A stretch of DNA of 57,463 nucleotides, filler included, from Jimgerdemannia flammicorona (lineage: Eukaryota): assembly GCA_003990765.1 (NCBI GenBank). It is 3 parts of 3 records of this genome, joined end to end, with 100 filler letters (N's around TTAATTAATTAA, not from the genome) between each part and the next. Parts side by side here need not be neighbours in the genome. Positions count along the whole stretch, not along the records: positions 1 to 19,094 come from RBNJ01002032.1; positions 19,195 to 38,284 come from RBNJ01002033.1; 1 more part is not named here. One strand, 5' to 3'. The translations under genes were made by a program, and so were the position numbers. Position 1 is the first letter of the stretch; every line of letters begins with the position of its first letter. Of the stretch, positions 11,800 to 23,200 are shown one piece after another. The notes under the pieces are model-generated. The model saw nothing but the letters and a program-made list of their open reading frames with translations. It had not been told where the DNA came from and made no database searches.

Positions 11800-14700
11800 T
11801 CACCCTTTTGCTCCAAAGCCAGAGCCCATGCCAGTCCCACTCCTCACCAATTCCAACCCTCTGCCAGGCTTCAGGCCACAGGTCTCCACCTAGGCCTTGC
11901 AGATACTCCAGACCCTCACCAAGCTGAAAGCTCTCCACTGGAACACCACCCAGCAGAAGCCTGTCCCACCACCACATCCACGGTCCCCAATCCTCCTCGG
12001 CCTCATCACCTTGCCACCAAAGTCCAATTTTCTTAGCACCATCCACCACCCCCCACCAGAAGCCAGTAAACTGCATCCTCCTGCTCCCCTCCATGGCCAC
12101 CATCACAAGTAGGTCACCTGAGTCACCACGTGGGGAGTACCGAACCTCCCATAACCTCTGCATGAGTGGCACCCACTCCCAACCCTGAAGCTCACTTGCT
12201 CTTTGCAACCACCAAGCTCTCAGATATAGAAGCCGCTTAGTGAAGTCCACTAAGCCCAGCCCACCTCTTTCTAAGGGCAGTGTGAGAACCTCCCAACCAA
12301 CCTGGCTATGCTGCCCTCCCCAGATCCATGATCTAGCCATCTTCAACAATCTCTTGACTACCCAAGTTGGGAAATCCAAATGGTATCCCACATACCACAG
12401 CTTCGGCATCCAATACACATTCAGCACCATCACCCTTCTGGCTAGGGACATAGGCCAGCCTCCCCAATGCAGCAGAACATTTCCCCACTCCAGAAGCTTA
12501 TGGTCCCACTATGCCCGGGGAAGAAGAGACCCAAACACTGAGAAGTAGATCCCCAGATAACGTACTGGTTCACCAGCCAGTACTACTGTCCCCATGACCT
12601 CGCCACCAACAATACCAGTACCAAGCACCAGGGTCTCGCATTTGTGCCAGTTTAGCTTAGCACCAGAACCCCGCTCATACTATTCCACAGATCTCTGTAA
12701 CTCCCCCACATCTACCAAGGAGCCCAGCCCGACCACCATATCATCAGCAAAGGCCCCCACCTTCCAATTAATCCCTAAGATGTCCAAACCTCCAATCTGC
12801 TACCAAATCCTGTCCAGTAGAGACTCCAGGGAAAGGGCATACAATATGGGCAACAATGGGTCCCCTTGCGGTACCCCACGCCCCAGGGGAAAGGTCTCCC
12901 CCCTATGGCTATTGATGATCAATGCCATCTGACTGTCCTCCAGGAGGCTGATCAAAGCTCTGCGAAACCCTGGGGGAATACTAATTCGTTTCAGCACTCC
13001 CTCCAACCATATCCTCCGCACCCTATTATAAGCCTTCTCTTGATCCAGAAATACCAATCTGCCATCCACCCCTGCTACTCGGGCACCTTCAATCACACCA
13101 TGAACCCAAGCTGTCCCATCTCGAATCAATCAACTACTGACAAAACCACGCTGCTCCACACCAAGCACCTGCTGAGCAATGCCTTGCAGCCTCATCACCA
13201 AGATCTTTGTCACTAGTTTGCAGTCCATGTTGAGAAGCATAATGGGCTGCCAGTTCTTCCAGTCCTCTCACCTCCCCTTATTCTTGTAGAGTAAGGATAC
13301 TAGCCCTAAACACTGTCCCCCAATCCAAGCACCAGACCGAAGAACTCCATTGCACATAGCAGCCATTTCCTCCAGCACCTCACCCACTCCAGCCATCTTC
13401 TGCCAAAAATCTCAGGGAAGGCCATCCTCTCCCGGGGCTGTCCCCTTACTCATTGAAGCCACAACCCTGCAAATTTCCTCACCAATCACCAGGTCCCCCA
13501 ATGCCCCAAGTCCCATGGCAGGGTTCAGGTGCCAATCCTCCAGCTGTCTTTCAACATCCAGAGCATCCATTCTGCCTTCCTCCTCACTCCATAGATTCTT
13601 CCACTGAGTTCTCAATATGCCTAGAATTGCCGAAGTCCCCACCACCAGCTCACTATCCTCATCCAGAACTCCCTCCCACTGCTGTTTCATACATCATGCT
13701 TGTAACAACCGCGACAAAAACTGAGTAGGCCTCTCCCCCTCCTCAAGCCCCTGCCACTGCAGTTGGGCCACCATTCCCTGCATCTCCACCTCCTTCTCTC
13801 TTCGCAACACTCCTTTAAGCTCCTCTACCTCCTGCCAGATTCTCACAATATGCCAATCAGACACATCCCCATCATCCAGCACACCTGCCCATCTCTTCAT
13901 GAGTGCAGCCAGATGCCGCGAGACCCACAGCACCCTCTGCCTCCACTGAGCACCCTTCCCTTTCCCTGCCTCCCTCCAATACCCCTGAGCATTCGCCTTC
14001 AGTCATCTCCAGCGGTCCTCAATCCCAAGGCCTCATTCCTGCCACCTACTGATATTTCCCACCACCTCTATCTCCCACCCCTCCCACAACACCCTGTCCT
14101 CCAATAAGGAAGAATTTAGCCACCAATGTCCAGGCCCATCCTCCTTTCCCCCAAACCTCCCCCCTCCAAGCAGCCCCCAGTGATCAGACCACGGACACCA
14201 TACTACTTCCAGCGCCGACCAGACGTCCACTCCCCAACACTCTGCCATCAGAACCCAGTCAATCCTGGAGCCCAGCCCTGCCGCCCAGTGGGTGTACACC
14301 TGCCACTTGGCCCAAAAATGTCTATCTGAGTCCACTAAAGAACACAACCTCTCAGTCTCCAGCCAGTCTCCCAACCCACCACTTTTGCCCTGCATGCCTC
14401 TCCCACCATCTGTTCTATCCACCTTCTTGTCTCATACCATATTGAAGTCACCCCCCATACAGTCCAGCCCAACGCCTCCCAATACACTAGCCTCTTTCAA
14501 TCTGCAAATCCAATCAACTCTCTCCCCTCTCTCAGCTGGGCAGTAATAAGACCCAACCATCAAAGAGCCCCACCCAGGTCTCTTCCACCTTCCCCACACC
14601 ACCCGAGACCCCCAATGTCCAATGTTCTCAATGTCCCCCATCCCTTTCCGAATGAGAATACACACTTTCCCCCTCCATACTGCTGTGCCCCCCCATTCCT

Positions 14701-16893
14701 TAGTCCAATTCTAAAAGTCCACATCCACCTCATAATGAACATTCTGTAACAAGAAGAGGTCCACATCCAGTCCCTTAAGTCATCCAAATATATACTTCCT
14801 CCTAGCCGCCCCCCTTAACCTATTAATGTTCAACAAGAATATCTTGGTTATACTGTTCATATTGAAAAATGTTGCAATAGAGGCCCAACCTAGAATTCCA
14901 TGCTCATCTCATCCCCAGCCAGATCCAAGCACTGTTCAGCTTCCAAGTCACCCTCTGCAATAGCCTGAGCATCCAGTGCCTCCAAGATTTCCTGACATTC
15001 CACCCCATCCACTACCTCTATATCCGACCAGTAGTCCAAGCAGACTGCGCACCACTTCTCCAGTCCCTTCCTCGAATTCTATAGGAAAAGTGCCCTGTCA
15101 CTCGCAATCTTCCTAAGTTCCTCTTTCTGCTGATCATCAACCTGATATTCGACCAACTCCAGGAGGATAGCCAGGATCTCATTCCTCATCTTCCTCGGCA
15201 CCTCCTCCCTCTGAAGGATCTCCTCCCAATGCCTCTCTTCCATTATCCTGAAATCCTCACCCAGCTCCTCAGCCGCAACCCCTTCCAGGGTCTTCCACAT
15301 CCACTTCTCCTCATCCACCGCCTCTGCCACACCCTGAGCGATTTGACCCCCATCCACCTCGGGGTCCACCAGTGTGCTCCTCCTCACTGACTCATCCCAC
15401 TCCTCGTCTGGTATATCCAGCAGCTCCTTCTCCCCCTCAGCTCCACCCAGGACACTATACTGAGGATGCCCACCCTCATCCATCTCGGCATCCGCCTCCA
15501 AATCGCCTTCCCTTTCCTCCCCCACTCCAATTGGCACCACTCCCTGGGCCATTTCTCCCCTCTCAGCCCAGGCGCTCTCCCGCAGCCCTGCCACTCCCTC
15601 TCCTGAGCTACCACCAGCCCTATCCCCACCCAACTTCGCCAGCAGCTCCTTCTGGATTCTCCTCCCCTGCATCTTCTCCCAGGTCCCCTTCTCCATCCGG
15701 ACCCTCCTCCCATCCACCTCCCCCACCACCATCCTGGCCTCAAACTCCTTCCAGGCCAATCTCCTCCTTGCAACTGCCCCTTCCAGATCCTCCAGGGCCT
15801 CCAGCAGGTCCTCCTCCTCCTCCTGGGTCCCCTTCACCCTTGTGACCTTACACTCCACCAGTCTCCACCTCAGCGTCGCTGGCCAGTCTCTCGACTTCCC
15901 CATATTCTCCTTCCCAGCCAGCCTTATCCTGACATCGACGTCACCAGTCCTAAGCTCCATGCCCTCCCAGACCTTGAACCCAACATCTACAATCTCTCCA
16001 TACTCCTTGATCGCCTCCACAACCAACTCCCTGGTCCTCTCCTTTGACACTGTAGGGAGATCCAATACCATCAACTGCACCACTCTGGGGTCCCAGCGCA
16101 TGCACCGGGCCATAGGGACCACAACCCTGCCCACTGTCACCCCCTTCTCCATGGCTGCCAACAAGGCATCTTCCTCCTCAAACCCCACCTCAATCCCTTC
16201 CTTTCCCCTCAGAAACTTCACAGACACTGCTCCCTTAGCCTCCTGTGCCACCAGCCCCAAAATCATCCTTGCTGTCACCGCCAAGCCCCGGAAGCACATC
16301 ATAACCATGAATTCCAACCTCAATTTCTTGAGTAATGGGGCTGACACCATGCCTATCACCCCATCTGCCAGGTCCCCAGGCCTCGTGCCCACTCCCAGTC
16401 CTGAATTACCAATGGCCATCACATCTGGATTTTTTGCCAGATCCCCAGTCACAGCCCCATCAACAGTCACATCTCCAGCCCCTACTCCAGCTCCTACCCT
16501 GCCATCAGAAGCTCCCCTGGGCACACCTCCCTGTTCCCCAGCAGCAGCCATCAATGCCTTCCCCAGGCCCAGCCAACCATCTAGCCCAGAAGCCATCTTC
16601 CCCATTCTGACCTTGTCAGCAAAGGTTGACCTCTCCTCTCCTCTCTGCTGCAGACCACTCCTTCCTTCACCACCAGGGCCTCGGCTAGCCATCGAGGCCC
16701 CTGGCATCCCCAAACCATCACCCCTCCTCCCCACCTGCTGCCAGCCAAAGGCACCATCACCCCCCTGGCCAGTATACTCACCAGTTTGATCATTGCCATC
16801 CATGTTGTTAGTCGTCGGACACCAAAAACATTGTAAAAAGTGTTGTCTGAGTCTTATGTCACCCGAATATTACTGGTGAAAGGTCTGGCACTG
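11800..16893 (-). mobile_element. LINE copy D (younger, diverged subfamily): 5' UTR, ORF1, ORF2 (EN-RT), 3'-truncated; nested in copy C
   Basis: Flanked by the 16-bp direct repeat CACCCAGGTCAATGCC (11784-11799, 16894-16909). ORF2 starts at 14860 (MNSITKIFLLNIN). RT motifs LDQEKAYNRV, GVPQGDPL, AFADDMVV and YLGI. Retains more CpG than copies A-C. Confidence 0.9.
14890..16803 (-). pseudogene. LINE ORF1 (RRM-like core plus acidic C-terminal region) with one premature stop
   Basis: The 574-aa ORF 15079..16803 reads through its TAG into NSRKGLEKWCAVCLDYW...EQCLDLAGDEMSMEF*. This aligns with the ORF1 C-termini of copies A and B, where Trp occupies the stop position. Confidence 0.8.
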
Positions 16894-19094
16894 CACCCAG
16901 GTCAATGCCATTCCCCCCATAACAAACAGTCTCCCTAATTCCTGATTCTCTCTAGATCCCCTTTATCACTCTGCACCAAAATTGCCACTTTGCCAATCCA
17001 AGCTACTGTGTCTTCCCATTCTCTAGTTCACTCTACTTTATCCACATCATCCTTATACTATACATCCTATAGCAGAAAGAGATCAGCCTCTAATTCCTTA
17101 AGCCAAGTGAAATTGTTCTTATACTGCCCAGAACTCTGTAGCCTATTCACACTAAGTAAGAAAATGTTGATTGTACTGTTTATTAGGAATAATGTTGTGA
17201 AGAAAAATCTTCACACTCCCTCTACTACTCCACCTCTATCTGCTTCTATACCAAGTACAAGATATGTTCTACAGCCTGCTTCTCCTCCTCAACTCTCCTC
17301 ACCTCCAATTCCCCCAGAAGCTCATTCAGTTCCCCCTCTTCCTTCTCTTCAAAATCCTCATAATACTCCTGGCAGGCATCCTGTTAGAGCTACAGACTAT
17401 GACACTCTGTCCAACAGCATACTGCTTACTCATCTACCACCACAGCTAGCTCAGCCTTTCTCTCTTCATCAACCTCATACCCTTCCTTCTTCAAGAAAAC
17501 TGCAAGTACTTCTGCCTTCAATGTCTCTACCACTCCATCACTATACAAGACCCTCATTCATTTCTCATCACTTATTACCCTCAGGTCTACCTCCCTCAGC
17601 TCCTCAGCTGCAAAGTTATTCATTATCTGGCACATTCAAAGTAAGTTCCCCACCTTCTTTCTCCCAGGCATTGCTGGTCATCCCCTATCCTATATTGTCA
17701 TATTAGCTCATATGCTCATAGTCTTATTCTACCCTTTCTCAGAGACATCCACCAATTCCTCCTCACCTACAGCCACCATCTGTCCCACCTTCTCTATCTC
17801 AGAAACTCCAAATTGTACTCACTGGGCCCTATACATTGACATGTCTACTGCTCTTTATCCCCTCACTACAGGTCACCACCTGACAAGAGGAGTAGAGGAA
17901 TCCTCCCAGTCTTCCTCTTAGACTTCAAATGTACCATCTCTATAAGGATCTCCACTAGGCACCTTCCTGGCCTCCTCTTGACCCATCTCTTCCACCTCAC
18001 TATTTCCATTAGTCCAGATACTAGCCTTGGCTCTCCTGGTATCCTTGCTATCACTAGCAGATATCTTTACCTCTCCCTTTAGCTTTACCAGCAGCTCTCT
18101 CTGTAACTTGCAACCCTGGGACCTCTCTCACATTTTCTTGTCAACTCAAATACACTTTCCTTCAACAATCTCCAAATATGTCATCTCCACATATACCTTC
18201 CAGGCCATCATCCTCCTCTCTACCACTCCACTCTACTCCTCCAATACCTCCAGCAGATTCTCTTTCTCCTCCTCCCTCTTCTTCAATCTTGATATCTTAC
18301 AGACAAAGGCTCTCAACAGCATAACTGAAGGTCAGTCACTTAACTTCCCTATGGCCACTTTTCCAGCTAGCCAGATCCTGATATCTATATCTTCAGTCCT
18401 GAGAGTAGTCCCCTCCTACATCTGAAATCCAATATCAACTACATTGCTATACTCTGCTATCACCTCCTCAATTCTACTCCTAGTCTCAGCTATCATCACT
18501 GTAGGTACCCCCTTTTTATCAAAAGCTGAACCACCCTGGAGTCCCATCTCAAGCAATATACCATAGGGACTACAACCTTCCCTACTGTCACTCCTATCTT
18601 CAATACTTCCTCCAGTAGGCCCACCTTCTCAAATCCCACTTCAATTCCCTCCAGCCCCTTCAGAAATCTCACTGAGGCAGCTCTAGCTACCTGCTTAGAG
18701 ATAAGCCCCAGAATCATCCTTGCTATCACTGCTAAGCTCTGGAAGTATAAGGTTACAGCAAACTCTGAGATCGATTTCTTGAGTAATGGTACCACCACCA
18801 GCTCTGTCACACCTTCAGCCAGGTCCCCCTTATGCTTTGGTCCTGATGGTCTGGCCCCTCCATCAACCATCATATCTGGATTTTTTTTCTAATCCACAGT
18901 TATGCTCCTATCAGCAGTCCTCCCTCCACCCCCAGCAACTGCTCCACCAGCCCTTCCATCCACTGGTCAAGATGCTGAACTCCCTGCTTCCACTTCTATT
19001 TGCTTCTCCTTCCCCCCTGCCTGACTACCATGAGATCCAGCAGGCCATCTCTCAGCCTTCAGCATATCTACAAAACTTCTCCTGCTTTTTTTTT
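16894..19094 (-). mobile_element. LINE copy C, 5' segment (ORF1 remnant + EN N-terminus); runs to the contig end
   Basis: Resumes the copy C sequence exactly after the TSD. ORF 18496..18873 is homologous to copy D ORF1 (ARMILGL, SVRFLKGLEGIEVGFE). Confidence 0.85.
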
Positions 19095-19194
19095 NNNNNN
19101 NNNNNNNNNNNNNNNNNNNNNNNNNNNNNNNNNNNNNNTTAATTAATTAANNNNNNNNNNNNNNNNNNNNNNNNNNNNNNNNNNNNNNNNNNNN
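19095..19194. other. Artificial contig-joining spacer
   Basis: N44-TTAATTAATTAA-N44; the core gives stops in all six frames. An identical copy is at 38285-38384. Confidence 0.97.
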
Positions 19195-20232
19195 TTTTTT
19201 TGTTCTTTCTTTAGGTTGATATGCCGATAGTTCTGGATATGTATCTAGGCTGTACGTTCTAGATTCATGATAGCGATAGGTTGTTACGATAGAGTTGTGT
19301 CGTGGTGGCTTTCTTTTCTTTTTTTTTAGTTTGCTAAATCGGTCGTTTCCAGTCCGGAATAACCATAAGACAGAGAATGAGATATCGTTTACCAGGACGC
19401 TATCAATCAATGAAGCTTTAGGAGACGGCGAACTTCGCCTCTGGGATGAGGTAAAGTTGTCGCGCTCTTCATTGGCAGGGCGCGCCTGTATTAAAAAAAA
19501 GAGAGTGCCGATGATTACCATCGTCATCGAAGCAATCGGAAGGGTTTTCGACATTTTTCTTATTATTGGTATATACGCATCTCCTGCGACACATACAATC
19601 GCTCAACACGTTTCCTCCACTAAATAATTTGCGTTTTTTTCTTTTCGGGCACACAACGACCGCGGTCCATGACTTGCACTGTATATGTCCTGACAAATAT
19701 GACTGCTAAAGTGATTGCTTGAATAAACCTCGTCTCGGTAATATTAATCGCCGTGGTAATGCTGCGGCTGTTTAATGCTGCAGCCCGCGATATTAATTCC
19801 CTTTCGGCGAGCACGCGGAGCGGTCGGCGGAGGTGCGGCAGGGTTAGGTGTAAACAGCGAGCGAAATAAAACGGGCCTAGAGAACCAGGAACCATTGCTG
19901 TGATTGGTAGCAATGGTCGGAACGGGAATGGAATTTGTATATAATTATATATAAACTTCTCGGATATGCGGCAGGGTTAGGTGAAAAGCGCGTCTCTATT
20001 GTCAGTGCAAAAAAGGAGGCCAAGACACGTAATAAGGGTCACAATTATGCAACGAGGGCCCCAAATGGGGGAGCGGAGGTGCCACTTAAATACTCAACCC
20101 ACCACCGTTGTGCTCGTAATTATAATTCCATTATTGGATATCCTTCTCTGTTTATCTTCCCTTGCCATAATACGCACCTGTTTGCTTTTATTCTTCCTAA
20201 CACTCATCCCCCCTCCCCCCACATCTTAAACA

Positions 20233-23200
20233 ATGGACGACGAAAAGAAAGACGATCATCGCATCTCGTCCACAACGCCAACCGACGCCGTCGTCGGCGA
20301 CGCCACCGTCATTTCTCAATCCCGGTCCAAGGGGAGCGACGACGACGACGTGGCAGCGAAGAAGAAGACCGAGGCGATTCCGTACCTGCAACTATACCGC
20401 TTCGCGTCGCCGTTCGACAAGTTCTGCATCTTGTGAGTGAACTTACCGACCGTTCGTTGTCTTACCCGTGACCTCGTTTGAAATTAATCGTCCCCCCTCA
20501 TTGTATCGTGCCAGCCTCGGCCTCATTTGCAGTATCGGCACAGGCATTTCCCAACCCGTATCAACAATCTTCTTCGGTCAATTCCTACAAGATTTCGCCA
20601 CTTTCTTCTCCCTTCCCCCCGATGAGATAATTGCAAAGATTGTCCCTACTATCCTATTTTTCGTTTACTTTGGCACCATCCTCATCGTTCTTGGTTATGG
20701 CGTCATGTGTTTCTGGACTTTGTCTGGCGAGAACCAGACCAGGGTATTGTATTTCACCATTAGTAGTTCTCAATCACATTATTAAACGTCTTTGGAAAAC
20801 GTATACCTCAAAACTCACCATTGATCCCCCCCGAATCTACAGCGCATCCGCCAAAAATATCTACACGCCATTCTACGTCAAGATATGGGCTGGTTCGACA
20901 AGGCCGAAGAAGGCTCTCTAACTACTCGCCTCGCCTCCGATACGTATCTTATTCAGGAGGGTATTAGTGACAAGGCCGGCCTCGTCGTTCAATACACCGC
21001 GCAGTTTATTGCAGGCGTTGTGATCGCTTTCGTAAAGGGTGAGTTGATTCGGGTGTATAAGCTGTTGAGCGGAGGAGTATTGGCTACTCAGACAGTTCGT
21101 TAATTATATTCCCGTTGTAAACGTCAAATTATAGGGTGGAAGCTTGCACTGGTCCTTCTTGCTGCCATTCCTGCTCTTGCCATTGTCGGCGGCGTCGTGA
21201 TTAAAACCCTGTCCAGCTACACTTCCAAGGGCCAAGGTCAGATTCCCTTCCAGTCAGACTGCGCATTAATTCCAATATCTTCCCTTTATCTCACTCATTT
21301 ACATTCACATATAACACTTCAGACACCTATGCTGAGGCCGGCGCCATTGCTGAACAAGCCTTTGCCGGAATTCGTACCGTGTATTCCTTCTCACTCCAGC
21401 AACGATTCCGCGATCGGTACGAAAAGAAACTCGAAATCGCCTACAAGACGGGTGTACGCAAGGGGTTAGCGCTGGGGTGGGGTTTCGGCTGTTTCATGTT
21501 CGTGCTGTTCTCCACCTACGGCTTGGCGCTCTGGTACGGGTCGCGATTGGTCTTGCAGGGGACCATGAATGGTGGGGAAGTGTTGACCGTTTTCTTTGCG
21601 TTGATGATGGGTGAGCACCAGGGGCGATTTTCTATTATCTTCGTGAGTTTATGTGTATGGGGGATGGGGGGATCTTCCCAGGCTGTGCCAAATGATGCCA
21701 CATGAGAATATATTCAGGCTTACCAAGGCTACCTTTGTTCATCTTATTCTTCCTCAACCTCTCTCTTCCCATTCATCACTCCATAGGCGCCATGTCCCTC
21801 ATGTAAGTCCGCTAATGGTTTAATTTCTCATCTCTCAGTCTCATTCAATGTTATCGTCCTACTTATTAAACACCATTCTCTTTCTTATCCTTCCGCGCAC
21901 AGGCAAATCCCTTCCAATATCGCTGCCTTCGCCTCCGCCTCCGGCGCGGCTTACAAGATCTTCAACACAATCGACCGTGTCCCGGAGATTGACGCCTCCT
22001 CCACCGAGGGTCTCAAGCCTGACAAAGTCCGCGGCCATATCGTCTTTAAAGATGTGCAATTCAACTACCCGTCTCGGTCCGACGTGAAGATTTTGAAGCA
22101 GTTGAATTTGGAAATTCAGTCAGGGACGACAGTCGCTATCGTTGGGTAAGTGTTTTCTTAATGTGGGTATGCCATGTTGGGTGTTAAATGAGATGTGACC
22201 TTTTGTAATAAATATTTCTTTCGATTCATTATGTTTTAGCCCTTCCGGTTCCGGCAAATCGACCACTGTGCAACTTATCCAGCGGTTCTACGATCCTGCT
22301 GGTATGAATCAAACTGGATCCATGTCGTCGATTTCTTTTACTTGCATGCTCTAATGTTTTCTTTCTTTCAATGTACAGAGGGTGACGTTTTATTGGACGG
22401 CAATAACTTGAAGGATATCAACGTCAAATGGCTTCGCCAACAAATTGGTATAGTTAGTCAGGAACCGGTTTTGTTTAACACGAGTAAGTGTTGTGCTGTG
22501 CTTGTATATGCAGTAACGGTTCATCCTCGCAAATTGGACGTGAATTTACAATAGTGTTCCTATTTTCAATAGGCATCAAAAACAACCTGATTATGGGCTC
22601 CGTCAGTTCTACCGTCACCGAGGAGCAAATCATCGACGCTTGCAAGCAGGCGAACTGCCATCACTTCATCATTCAGCTGCCGAAAGGTTACGATACCGTG
22701 GTCGGTGAGGTAGGTGATAAAATGATTATTTTTCCGTGGTTTCCTTGCGTAATCTCTTATACCTCCGGGCCATCCCTCAAAACTCCTGCTTTTGACAGCA
22801 CGGCGGCATGCTCTCCGGCGGTCAAAAACAACGCATCGCCATCGCGCGCGCTTTGATCAAAAACCCTCCGATTCTCCTCCTTGATGAAGCTACTTCTGCC
22901 CTCGACACTGCCTCGGAAAGGCTTGTCCAACGTGCGCTTGACACGGCCTCCAAGAACCGCAGCACGGTTGTCATTGCTCATCGTCTCTCCACCATCAAGC
23001 ACGCCAACCTCATCGTTGTCATGGATCAGGGTGTAATTGCCGAGAAGGGCACCCACGACGAGCTGTACGCCCTTGGTGGAATCTACTATGAACTTGTTAA
23101 CAAGCAGAAGCTCAAGACAAAGGGGTGCGAGACGGAGACGGAGCAGGGTGGGAGGAACACCCCCATCGTAGATGATGAGTCGGTGGGCGACGAAGAAATT

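Noticed and set aside
15372..17706. Long Pro/Ser-rich plus-strand ORFs (15372.., 15842.., 16990..)
   Set aside because: Antisense to the G/A-rich LINE ORF1; a compositional artefact.
19139..19150. TTAATTAATTAA palindrome as a biological site
   Set aside because: Embedded in N runs and duplicated exactly at 38329-38340; a synthetic linker.
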